Assembly (NCBI GenBank): GCA_002763225.1
Contig: PFAI01000055.1
Span: 1 to 25,850 of the forward strand
Direction: 5' to 3'
DNA from: Candidatus Diapherotrites archaeon CG10_big_fil_rev_8_21_14_0_10_31_34
GTDB lineage: Archaea > Iainarchaeota > Iainarchaeia > Iainarchaeales > 1-14-0-10-31-34
Length of the DNA stretch: 25,850 nucleotides
The translations under genes were made by a program, and so were the position numbers. The notes under the pieces were generated by a model. The model was not told the DNA's origin. It did not search any database and saw nothing but the letters and a program-made list of their open reading frames with translations. Of the stretch, positions 7,655 through 15,654 are shown piece by piece; the stretch's first letter is position 1; every line of letters begins with the position of its first letter.

Positions 7655-7759
7655 TCAATAAGAGTCTTCTAAGTCTTCTGCCGGCTCTTCATCATCATCT
7701 GTTTTTTCGTCTTCTCCCCAATCTTCTTCTTCTTGGAATTTAAAAAAATCTAATTTCAT
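7655..7759 (-). CDS. Unannotated 34-aa highly acidic small protein
   Basis: MKLDFFKFQEEEDWGEDEKTDDDEEPAEDLEDSY; 17 of 34 residues D/E; GGAGG 8 nt before ATG; GAA/GAT-rich coding-like composition within otherwise A/T-run intergenic DNA. Confidence 0.65.
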   Translation of the reverse strand: MKLDFFKFQEEEDWGEDEKTDDDEEPAEDLEDSY

Positions 7760-7807
7760 TTTAACGTCCTCCACAAAATGATAAATTAAAAGTAAACAAT
7801 AGGTTAT

Positions 7808-8848
7808 TTATTTGGTTTCGGTTTGCTTAATTCCTGCCTTTTTAATGCTTTTGAGATTTCTGATGTAATAACCTAAAGGGCTTTTGATTCCTGAACAAGA
7901 ATCATTTCTTAAGCACAAACCATGTTCTACAACTTTATCGCAGGACGGAGAAGAATACCTTGGTTTTTCTTTTATTCCTTTAATGTTTTTGAAATGATAT
8001 AAAACCATGTTTTCTTTGAAGTTTGATGCCCTGGAATAAAGCTTTAAAAAGTCTTCTTGGGTTATTCTGCCGTTAATTAAAAAACAAGCTAAATCAAAGT
8101 TTGCAATATGAGGCAATTTAGAACCAGAAGAAAGCTTTTCATGCAAAAAGCTCATGCAAGGCGGAAAAACATCTGTTTTCAGATTTCCTGAAAACCTGAA
8201 TTCAGGAAGAGTTTTTTTAAGAGAAAACAAATCCTGTTTTAATTGTTTAGCGTTTTCTTTGAATGACTTTGGAATGTTTTTTGTTTCAAGAGGCAGTGAT
8301 AAAAAAATTTTGTTGTAAACTAAAGCAGAAATAAATCTCATTGCATCATTTTTGGTCAAAAACACTTTTCCTTTTGAAATATTCTGGTTAACTAACTTTA
8401 AATCTTTAAAAAAAGGAAGAGAAAGAAAGTTCATTAAATCAATTGAAACCAAAAAACCGTTTTTATCTGATAAAGAATATTTTACTCCAAAATCATCAAA
8501 TAACTCGAAAAGAGTTTCATTGTTTTTTTCTTTTCCAAGAAATTTAAATGTATTAAAAGAAAAAGTTAAAGCAAACTTTCTGTTTAAGTCAATTGAACGG
8601 ATTTCAGACAACAAGATTTTTGCCACAGGAAAAGCATAAATTTCATTTAACATTAATTCAGTTGAAGCAGAAATTTCATTCAAAAAATAAGTTTTCTTTT
8701 TAAATGAATTCAAAAGAAGTATTTTTGCTCTTTCATTTATTTGTTCTGAAACATCTTCTAACAAAAATTTTTCTTTTTTAATAATGTTTTTTGCCTTGTT
8801 TGAAAAAGGAAATCTTTGGGCAAAAATCAATTCCTGTTTTGTAGGCAT
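7808..8848 (-). CDS. priL: DNA primase large (regulatory) subunit with Fe-S domain
   Basis: RFPF N-terminus, LKLVNQ.I.KGKVFL, FPPCM, YSSPSC......LC....C..IKSPL.YY (four Cys). Confidence 0.9.
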   Translation of the reverse strand: MPTKQELIFAQRFPFSNKAKNIIKKEKFLLEDVSEQINERAKILLLNSFKKKTYFLNEISASTELMLNEIYAFPVAKILLSEIRSIDLNRKFALTFSFNTFKFLGKEKNNETLFELFDDFGVKYSLSDKNGFLVSIDLMNFLSLPFFKDLKLVNQNISKGKVFLTKNDAMRFISALVYNKIFLSLPLETKNIPKSFKENAKQLKQDLFSLKKTLPEFRFSGNLKTDVFPPCMSFLHEKLSSGSKLPHIANFDLACFLINGRITQEDFLKLYSRASNFKENMVLYHFKNIKGIKEKPRYSSPSCDKVVEHGLCLRNDSCSGIKSPLGYYIRNLKSIKKAGIKQTETK

Positions 8849-8903
8849 AAAAGAATTATGGATTAAAAGGAATAAAAATATAGGGTAAAGGGGTTTACAT
8901 GAA

Positions 8904-9629
8904 TTAAAGAATCATATGAGCTAAATGGAATTGAATTTGACTGCCTCCAATTGAATAAGAAACTTTCATTGGAGCATCACCTTTTAGCTCTAATTTGATT
9001 TTTGAGTCAGGCTCGGCTTCTTTAACAATATTTGAAAGGAAATTCAGAGAATATTTGCTTACTACTTCTGAATTAGTTTTAACTATAACTTTTTTTGCTT
9101 CTTTTGCAACAGTTTTAAGTGTTCCTGAAGAACCTCTTGCTTCAATCATAAACTGATTTCCTTTTGCTCTTAATACAACTGAACTGCCAAACAATGAAGC
9201 ATCTTTTAGTGCTTCTTTGAATATTCTTGCATTGATTTCAATTGTTGCATCAAACTTTGTTGAAGGAACATTAATTTCTTGTTCTGAAACATCAATTAAT
9301 GGTAATCTAAAACTTCTTGATAGTTCTCCTGCAAAATGAATTGACATTTCGTTTTCAGTTAAATCCAAAGTCATTCTGTCATTAGGCAATAATCTTGACA
9401 TTATTTTGTTTAATTCAACTAAATCTACTCCAACATAAGTTGGTTCAATTACATATTTGTCAAAAGAACTTTTGGTTATAGCATAATCAACTAAAACAAT
9501 TTGGCTTGGATCAATGGCTTTAAAGCTTATTCCTGAATCATTGAAACGAAAATTTCCTTCTGAAATAAAAGTTGAAATAGCATTAATTGCTTTAGCCCAG
9601 GAATCAGTTTTTTTTAATTCAATTGCCAT
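8904..9629 (-). CDS. pcn: PCNA sliding clamp, paralog B (divergent C-terminus)
   Basis: KAIDPSQIVLV, GVDL, FRLPLID, KYSLNFL, DAPMKVSY; ends QFHLAHMIL. ATG 9629 follows a G8 run that may act as SD. Confidence 0.92.
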   Translation of the reverse strand: MAIELKKTDSWAKAINAISTFISEGNFRFNDSGISFKAIDPSQIVLVDYAITKSSFDKYVIEPTYVGVDLVELNKIMSRLLPNDRMTLDLTENEMSIHFAGELSRSFRLPLIDVSEQEINVPSTKFDATIEINARIFKEALKDASLFGSSVVLRAKGNQFMIEARGSSGTLKTVAKEAKKVIVKTNSEVVSKYSLNFLSNIVKEAEPDSKIKLELKGDAPMKVSYSIGGSQIQFHLAHMIL

Positions 9630-9717
9630 TATATCCCCCCCCAACTACAAACCTAATCATATTATACTTAGTTAATCCTTTTAAATTATTCTGACAGCAA
9701 ATAAAAAGAGGAGAAAA

Positions 9718-10323
9718 ATGATTAAAGTGGTTTTATTTGATATTGACGGAGTATTAATTGAAACAACTGAAGCAAACAGGAAGTTTGTCAATGATTTGCT
9801 TAAAAAACAGGGAAAAACTGAATTAAATGAAAAAGAATACTTGAAAATACGTCATATGACAATCAAACAAGTAATACAAGAATTTTGCCCTGAAATAAAC
9901 GAAAAAAAAACAGAAGAAACCAGGAAATACTGGTCTGGAAAATACAAAAATTACCTAGGATTAACTAAAATAAATTCAGGAGCAAAAGAAATTTTAGATT
10001 ATTTAAAAGGAAAAGTAAAAATAGGAATAGTTACAAACAGAACCAAAACAAAAATACTGGATTATCATAAAATAAATGATTTCTTTGAAGTAATTATAAC
10101 TGCATTAGACGTCAAAGAACCAAAACCTTCTCCAGAAGGAATAAAAAAAGCATTAAATAAATTAAAAGTTAAACCAATAGAAGCAATTTTTGTTGGAGAC
10201 GCAGAAACAGATGTTCAAGCAGGAAACTCTGCCGGAGTAAAAATGATTTCATACCAAATTGAATTAAACGGAAACGCTGAAAGAATTGAAAGTTTTGAAG
10301 AACTGAAAAAGTTTATTGAATGA
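9718..10323 (+). CDS. HAD-superfamily hydrolase (phosphoglycolate-phosphatase-like)
   Basis: FDIDGVL, IVTN, KPSPEG, FVGDAETD motifs; GAGGAG SD. Confidence 0.9.
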   Translation: MIKVVLFDIDGVLIETTEANRKFVNDLLKKQGKTELNEKEYLKIRHMTIKQVIQEFCPEINEKKTEETRKYWSGKYKNYLGLTKINSGAKEILDYLKGKVKIGIVTNRTKTKILDYHKINDFFEVIITALDVKEPKPSPEGIKKALNKLKVKPIEAIFVGDAETDVQAGNSAGVKMISYQIELNGNAERIESFEELKKFIE

Positions 10324-10363
10324 AAAAAAAAGATTGAAGCAAAAAAATTATTGGAGAAAAAAA

Positions 10364-10912
10364 ATGAGTTTCAAAAAAAATTCTGCAGTGATTTTAATTG
10401 ACTTTTTGGATGAATTCATTAATGGAAACACAAAAGAAGTTTTGCTGCCGGAAAGCAGAAGCAGGAAACTCATTAAAAATACTGTTAAGCTGGTTGAAAA
10501 AGCCCGAAAGAAAAAAATTCCTGTAATTCACGTGCACTGCTTTCACGGAGAAACTGATTCAATTTTCAGGATAACAGGAAAGCATGCAATAAAAGGAAAA
10601 AAGAAAACCAAAGTGATTAATGAACTGAAAGGAAAAATTGATTTTACTGTATACAAAAAAACTTATGACGGGTTTTATAAAACCGGATTAGAAAAATTAT
10701 TGAAGAAATTAAAAGTGAAAAACTTGTTTTTAGCCGGAATTCAATCTGACTGCTGTGTTATGGCAACAGGCTTCAGCGCAGTATTTTTAGGTTTCAATAA
10801 TTTTATTGTAAAAGAATGCGTTGAAACAAGAACAAAAAAAAGACAGGAAATTGCAATAGAAAGATTAAATAAGTTAGTCGGGGAAGTTATTTCAATTAAA
10901 AGAATCAAATGA
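10364..10912 (+). CDS. Isochorismatase/nicotinamidase-family cysteine hydrolase
   Basis: Asp-Lys-Cys triad motifs ILIDF, KKTYDGF, GIQSDCCV; ATG 10364 with GGAG upstream preferred over track start 10316. Confidence 0.85.
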   Translation: MSFKKNSAVILIDFLDEFINGNTKEVLLPESRSRKLIKNTVKLVEKARKKKIPVIHVHCFHGETDSIFRITGKHAIKGKKKTKVINELKGKIDFTVYKKTYDGFYKTGLEKLLKKLKVKNLFLAGIQSDCCVMATGFSAVFLGFNNFIVKECVETRTKKRQEIAIERLNKLVGEVISIKRIK

Positions 10913-10918
10913 GAAAAA

Positions 10919-11812
10919 ATGAACCAGGAAAATGAAAAAGAAAAAAAAGTTGTTTCTATAGTAAATCTTGCGGGAAACATTTTCTTGTTTTTAATCAAAA
11001 TTTTTATTGGAATGCTTACTTTAAGTGTTGCATTGATTGCTGATTCATTGAATTCTTTAACTGATATTTTTTCTTCTTTGGTTGCATTTATTGCAGTTAA
11101 AATTTCAGGAAAAAAACCTGATGAAGACCATCCTTTTGGACACGAAAGAGCTGAATCAATTGCAGGATTAATTATCGGAGTGTTAATTGTTGTCATTGGA
11201 TTTGAAATACTTAAAGAAGGAATAATGAAATTACTTTTTGGAAATGAAGTAAGATTTGGTTTTATTGCAATAGTTGTTTTGTTGATTACAATTGGATTAA
11301 AATTATTTTTAGCTTACTATAATAAAAGAATTGCAGGAAAAACCAAAAGCATGGCATTAGATGCATTAAGCAGGGATGCCTTTGCAGATGTAGTCACTGC
11401 TTTAACTGCCGCAATAGGAGTTTTTGGAGCAATAAATGGTTTTCCTTTTTTGGATCCATTAATGGCTTTAGTTATTTCAGTTTATATTATGTGGAACGGA
11501 ATAAAAACCATTTTAATTAATACCGGGCAATTAATGGGAAAAGCTCCTCCAAAAGAATTAATTCAGAGAATAAGCAATAAAGCATTTGAAGTAAAAGGAG
11601 TTAAAGGAGTTCATGACATTAAAGCACAGTATTTAGGAGTATTAGTTCAGGTTGAAATTCATGTAGTAGTAGATGAAACTATTTCAATTCAAAAAGCTCA
11701 TTTAATCGGAAAAAATGTTCAGTATTCAATTGAATCAATGGAAGAAATTGACAGGGTTTTCATTCACTTGGATCCGTTTAAAGGAAACTATTTTTGGGAC
11801 AACAAAAAATAA
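10919..11812 (+). CDS. Cation diffusion facilitator (FieF-like) metal transporter
   Basis: ALIADSLNSLTD, KPDEDHPFGHERAE, DAFADV, C-terminal VHDIK...EIH...AH...FIHLDP. Confidence 0.93.
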   Translation: MNQENEKEKKVVSIVNLAGNIFLFLIKIFIGMLTLSVALIADSLNSLTDIFSSLVAFIAVKISGKKPDEDHPFGHERAESIAGLIIGVLIVVIGFEILKEGIMKLLFGNEVRFGFIAIVVLLITIGLKLFLAYYNKRIAGKTKSMALDALSRDAFADVVTALTAAIGVFGAINGFPFLDPLMALVISVYIMWNGIKTILINTGQLMGKAPPKELIQRISNKAFEVKGVKGVHDIKAQYLGVLVQVEIHVVVDETISIQKAHLIGKNVQYSIESMEEIDRVFIHLDPFKGNYFWDNKK

Positions 11813-11833
11813 TCAGAAAAAAAACGATTGTAA

Positions 11834-12028
11834 TTATGGTTCGTTTTTCTTTGGTTTATTTAAAACTAATAAAGAAAAAAACCATCCGACAATAAAAACC
11901 AAAGTCATTTCAAGAAACTGTGTTCCATTAAAATAAAACGCAGTAAAAGCTGAAAGCCAGATAACACTTAATGCAGCAGTTCTTTTCGCATAATTTTTTC
12001 TGATAAAAGGAACTTTAAAGAAATCCAT
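11834..12028 (-). CDS. Small hypothetical membrane protein (two TM segments)
   Basis: From ATG 12028: MDFFKVPFIRKNYAKRTAALSVIWLSAFTAFYF...MTLVFIVGWFFSLLVLNKPKK; fills the gap between convergent transporter genes. Confidence 0.5.
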   Translation of the reverse strand: MDFFKVPFIRKNYAKRTAALSVIWLSAFTAFYFNGTQFLEMTLVFIVGWFFSLLVLNKPKKNEP

Positions 12029-12071
12029 GATACAAATAACAGTCAAACTAGTTAATAAATTTTAACTAAGC

Positions 12072-13055
12072 TTATTTTGGCAGAATCATTACAAGAAATA
12101 AAAGGTAAATCAAAAGCAACACTATTCCCTCTGATTTTTTTATCTGTAAATCACTCCAGGCAAACAACATAAACACAGCTGAAACCACAACCATAAAAGG
12201 CCCCAAAATATATAAAGTGAATTCAGAAACATCTAATGGATTAACAAACGCAGCAAACCCGCCTACAAAAAGAATGTTAAAAATATTGCTTCCAACAATG
12301 TTTCCTATAAGCATATTATGAAAGCCTTTTTGTAAGGAAACCAATGCAACCATTAATTCAGGCAGGGAAGTCCCTAAAGCAATTAATGTAACCCCAATAA
12401 AAGTCTGGGAAAACGAAAAATATTCTGCTATTTTTACTGCATATTCAACAACAAAATTTGCTCCAAAAATCAGTCCAATCAAAGAAATAACCAAAACAAA
12501 TGATTCAACTATAAGAATTTTTTTGAAATTTTCTTTAAATAAATGCAGGAAATGCCTTAAATTAGAAATGTGTTCTATATACATTTTTACTTTAAAGAGT
12601 TCCTGAAACTGTAATTTAAATTTAAACATGAAAAGCATGTAAGCTATAAACAAAAAAATAAGTATAAGAGAATCAAAAAAAGAAATAACTGAATCCAATG
12701 CAAGAATATAAAAAAGAATTGTTACTCCAATCAAAATATAGCATTCTCTTTCAAAAAGGCTTTTATCTATTTTAAGCGTGTGAATTATTCCGCTTACCCC
12801 TAAAATCAATGCAATGTTTGCAATATTGCTTCCAATAATGTTTCCAACAGCCAAGCCAGAATTATGATAATAAGAAGCAGCAACAGAAGAAGCAAATTCA
12901 GGCAAGGAAGTTCCAATTGCTACAATAGTTAATCCAATGATTAATTCCGGTATTCCTAAAATTTTTGCTAAACGCGAAGCAGAACTAACAAATAAATCAC
13001 TTGACTTAACCAAAACAAATAATGCAGCAAAAAAAAACAAAAAAATTTCTATCAT
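12072..13055 (-). CDS. Ca2+/Na+ antiporter (YrbG/NCX_Mj family)
   Basis: Two alpha-repeats GTSLPE...GNI(I/V)GSNI; about ten TM segments. Confidence 0.93.
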   Translation of the reverse strand: MIEIFLFFFAALFVLVKSSDLFVSSASRLAKILGIPELIIGLTIVAIGTSLPEFASSVAASYYHNSGLAVGNIIGSNIANIALILGVSGIIHTLKIDKSLFERECYILIGVTILFYILALDSVISFFDSLILIFLFIAYMLFMFKFKLQFQELFKVKMYIEHISNLRHFLHLFKENFKKILIVESFVLVISLIGLIFGANFVVEYAVKIAEYFSFSQTFIGVTLIALGTSLPELMVALVSLQKGFHNMLIGNIVGSNIFNILFVGGFAAFVNPLDVSEFTLYILGPFMVVVSAVFMLFAWSDLQIKKSEGIVLLLIYLLFLVMILPK

Positions 13056-13102
13056 ACAATTAAAATAACGTTTACTTCCTTAAAATGTTTTTGGTAAAAA
13101 CA

Positions 13103-13849
13103 CTAAGATGATTCAATTCTTGGAGCCAAAAAGTACTGGATTTCAGCTTTTCCGATTGAATAATTTATTTTAACCGGAGCATTGCTTTTCAAAGACAACT
13201 CAATTAAAGTGTCTGATGTAGCTGCTTTCATCATGTCCTGCATGTAATCCAAAGGAAACATTGCATAACATTCTTTTTTTGCATTTAATTCCTTTAAGTT
13301 TTTGTCTTCTTTAGTTATTTCATTAACTGTTTCTCCTTTTGAAGAACCGGCTTTAATAAAAAAGTTTTTTGATGTAACCCCTAAAGTTACATGAGTGGAA
13401 ACCAAAGAAGAATCTTTTAATCCATCCTGAATTAATCCTGCATTAACTTTTATTACTGCATCAAACTCCACTTTAGGAGTAGGCAAATCAGAAGAAGAAA
13501 TATCAATTAAGGGAACAGAAAAATTTCTTGTTGAACTTCCTTTGAATTCAACATTTAGTCTTGAATCCTTTTCATTTAATTCAATAATCAATTTTTCTCC
13601 TGCTTTGCATCTGTTTAACACCTGGCTTAAATAATCTAAATCTAACCCAATTTTTGTTTCTGCTTCAATTTTGTATTCGCTGAAAGCTTCTTTTGGCATT
13701 CTGAAATCAATCATTGAAATCTGGCTTGGATCAGTTGCCTTTAATCTTAATCCATCTTTTGAAACAATTAATTCTGCTTCATCAATCAAAACAGAAACTG
13801 CATCAATTGCTTTCTTGAATTCTGCTGCATTATCTAAAACTAATCTCAT
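13103..13849 (-). CDS. pcn: PCNA sliding clamp, paralog A (canonical)
   Basis: KATDPSQISMI, IGLDL, FSVPLID, FPLDYM, YFLAPRIE; AGGTG SD. Confidence 0.96.
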   Translation of the reverse strand: MRLVLDNAAEFKKAIDAVSVLIDEAELIVSKDGLRLKATDPSQISMIDFRMPKEAFSEYKIEAETKIGLDLDYLSQVLNRCKAGEKLIIELNEKDSRLNVEFKGSSTRNFSVPLIDISSSDLPTPKVEFDAVIKVNAGLIQDGLKDSSLVSTHVTLGVTSKNFFIKAGSSKGETVNEITKEDKNLKELNAKKECYAMFPLDYMQDMMKAATSDTLIELSLKSNAPVKINYSIGKAEIQYFLAPRIESS

Positions 13850-13924
13850 TTATACACCTTTTTTGTTTTTCTTTTTTTGTCTTAAAAATTAGGAAGAGAA
13901 TATAATTTAAAGTATTCTAATTAG

Positions 13925-14728
13925 TCAGCATACACCATAAAAATCTTGAGGAAGACTTCCGTTTGAAAGCAAAAAAGGAATATTATCAAACACCCATAAT
14001 TTTACGCATCCAAGCAAAGGAATTTTCAGTATTGCCTTGCCTGTAATTTCTTTTTCTGGAATCGCATTTTTTGTAATGCAAGCCAAATAATTTGTCTGAC
14101 CATAAATATCTTTTACTGGAAAGCATTCCTGGTCAATTGAAGGATTTGCATCCCCTTTTGTAAGAAAAAAAGTTCCGTCAGAAGCATTGATTTTTGCTAC
14201 AGCACGATGAATTATTTCTTTTCCTGAATACTCAGAAAAATAAACTATTATATCTCCGTCTTTTGTTACCGGAATTCTTGTTTCCCCTAACTGGATTTCT
14301 TTTGCTGAACTTATTTTGATTTGATTTGAAGAAATCCATATAATTGGTTCAGGAAAAGTTTTTCCAAACTCAAAATACATTTTGTCTTTAATTGTTCCAT
14401 TAAAATCAATTTCTTTTGCAAGAATTTCATTCGCCCCATACAAAACAATTATGTCTCCTCTATACATTTCTGGAACCATTGAAGCACTTGAAACAATTAC
14501 CATAGGAGAAGAAGTGTTCAAAAAAAAAGCTAAAATTGAATACAATAAAAAAGCAAAAACTAAAGCTGAAACAACATAAACAACTGAATCAATTGCTTCA
14601 TCTGAAAAAGAAGGATTAGATTTTTTTGGATAAACTTTTCTTAAAAGAATTTCAATATAAGTAAAAGGGTCAATCCACTTCAAAAAAGAAAGTTTTTGTT
14701 TTAAAGCAGTGTATTTTTCTTTAATCAT
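13925..14728 (-). CDS. Signal peptidase I (S26, Sec11-like)
   Basis: TM anchor then VSSASMVP (catalytic Ser), GDII, IIHR (His), TKGDAN, IP.LG. Confidence 0.85.
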   Translation of the reverse strand: MIKEKYTALKQKLSFLKWIDPFTYIEILLRKVYPKKSNPSFSDEAIDSVVYVVSALVFAFLLYSILAFFLNTSSPMVIVSSASMVPEMYRGDIIVLYGANEILAKEIDFNGTIKDKMYFEFGKTFPEPIIWISSNQIKISSAKEIQLGETRIPVTKDGDIIVYFSEYSGKEIIHRAVAKINASDGTFFLTKGDANPSIDQECFPVKDIYGQTNYLACITKNAIPEKEITGKAILKIPLLGCVKLWVFDNIPFLLSNGSLPQDFYGVC

Positions 14729-14739
14729 TCAGACCAAAA

Positions 14740-15015
14740 TCATTTCAAAGTTTTTTTGATTTCTTTAATAAATTCATCTAAATCTGAGTCAATGTCTTTT
14801 AAGGCATTTAATAAAACTTTTTTTGGAGCTTTATCTTTTGTCCTTAAAACAAAAATTGAGTCCTGGTCTAATGGATGATTTAATTTGTATGCAACAAATT
14901 CAACTTCTTTGTCTTCCAATAACTTGGTTTTTAATAAATTTGGAAGGGTATGCCTTTCTCCTTTAATTCTGAATTCAAAAAGATTTTTTTCTTCTTTTAT
15001 TACTTCTATTTCCAT
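14740..15015 (-). CDS. rpoL: RNA polymerase subunit L (Rpo11)
   Basis: GERHTLPNLL...VEFVAY...HPL motif; follows csl4. Confidence 0.93.
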   Translation of the reverse strand: MEIEVIKEEKNLFEFRIKGERHTLPNLLKTKLLEDKEVEFVAYKLNHPLDQDSIFVLRTKDKAPKKVLLNALKDIDSDLDEFIKEIKKTLK

Positions 15016-15019
15016 TTAA

Positions 15020-15574
15020 TCACCTAAATTCACTTGATAATTTTCTTTGCTCAACTGAACCGCATTTAGAACATTTTAATGTTTTTCCATAAAGTTCTAA
15101 AGCATTTCTACATTGAAAACAAAAAGCTTTTATTACCCCAAATTCAGGGTATTTTGTTGTAACATCAATTCCAAATTTGTTTATTTTGATTACTTTTGCT
15201 TTAATTATGTCTCCTACTCTGAATTCATCTCTTAAAAACCTGATGTGATCCATTGAAACATTTGCAATCATTAATTGTACTATCCCAAAAGAACATATTT
15301 GTTCTTTTCCGTCTTTTTCAATTCTGGAAATCTCAATTGTAACTACAGGGTCTTTTATTCTCACAATTTTTCCTATAACAATGCTTCCTAACTCTATTTG
15401 GTTTATTGTGTTATTTGATTTAATTGAAACTTCTCTGTTAATATTATTGAAATCTTTTGTTCCAACAACTGAAGCAAAAATATTTCCTTCTGAATCCTCA
15501 AAAGTGTTTTTTCCTGCTCCAAATTCTTCTTCAACACTTAAGAAGTCTCCTGGTACAACAATTTCTTCAGCCAA
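15020..15574 (-). CDS. csl4: Exosome RNA-binding subunit Csl4
   Basis: VVPGDFL..EEEF..G, S1 domain FRVGDIIKAKV, GVIKAFCFQC...CSKCG..EQRKLS; TTG start. Confidence 0.92.
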   Translation of the reverse strand: MAEEIVVPGDFLSVEEEFGAGKNTFEDSEGNIFASVVGTKDFNNINREVSIKSNNTINQIELGSIVIGKIVRIKDPVVTIEISRIEKDGKEQICSFGIVQLMIANVSMDHIRFLRDEFRVGDIIKAKVIKINKFGIDVTTKYPEFGVIKAFCFQCRNALELYGKTLKCSKCGSVEQRKLSSEFR

Positions 15575-15654
15575 AATTAATCACTTTAATAAATAAAAAG
15601 AGTAATATTATTAAAGAAAGAAAACATATTTAAAACAATGAGAAGTGAACATAA

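Noticed and set aside
8904..9644. PCNA-B as pseudogene, assembly duplicate or proviral gene
   Set aside because: Full-length intact frame, far too diverged from copy A for an assembly artefact, and no integrase, att-like repeat or viral gene nearby.
10316..10363. N-terminal extension or frameshift fusion between HAD and the cysteine hydrolase across the A-run
   Set aside because: The HAD is complete at its stop and the hydrolase has its own ATG with GGAG at 10364.
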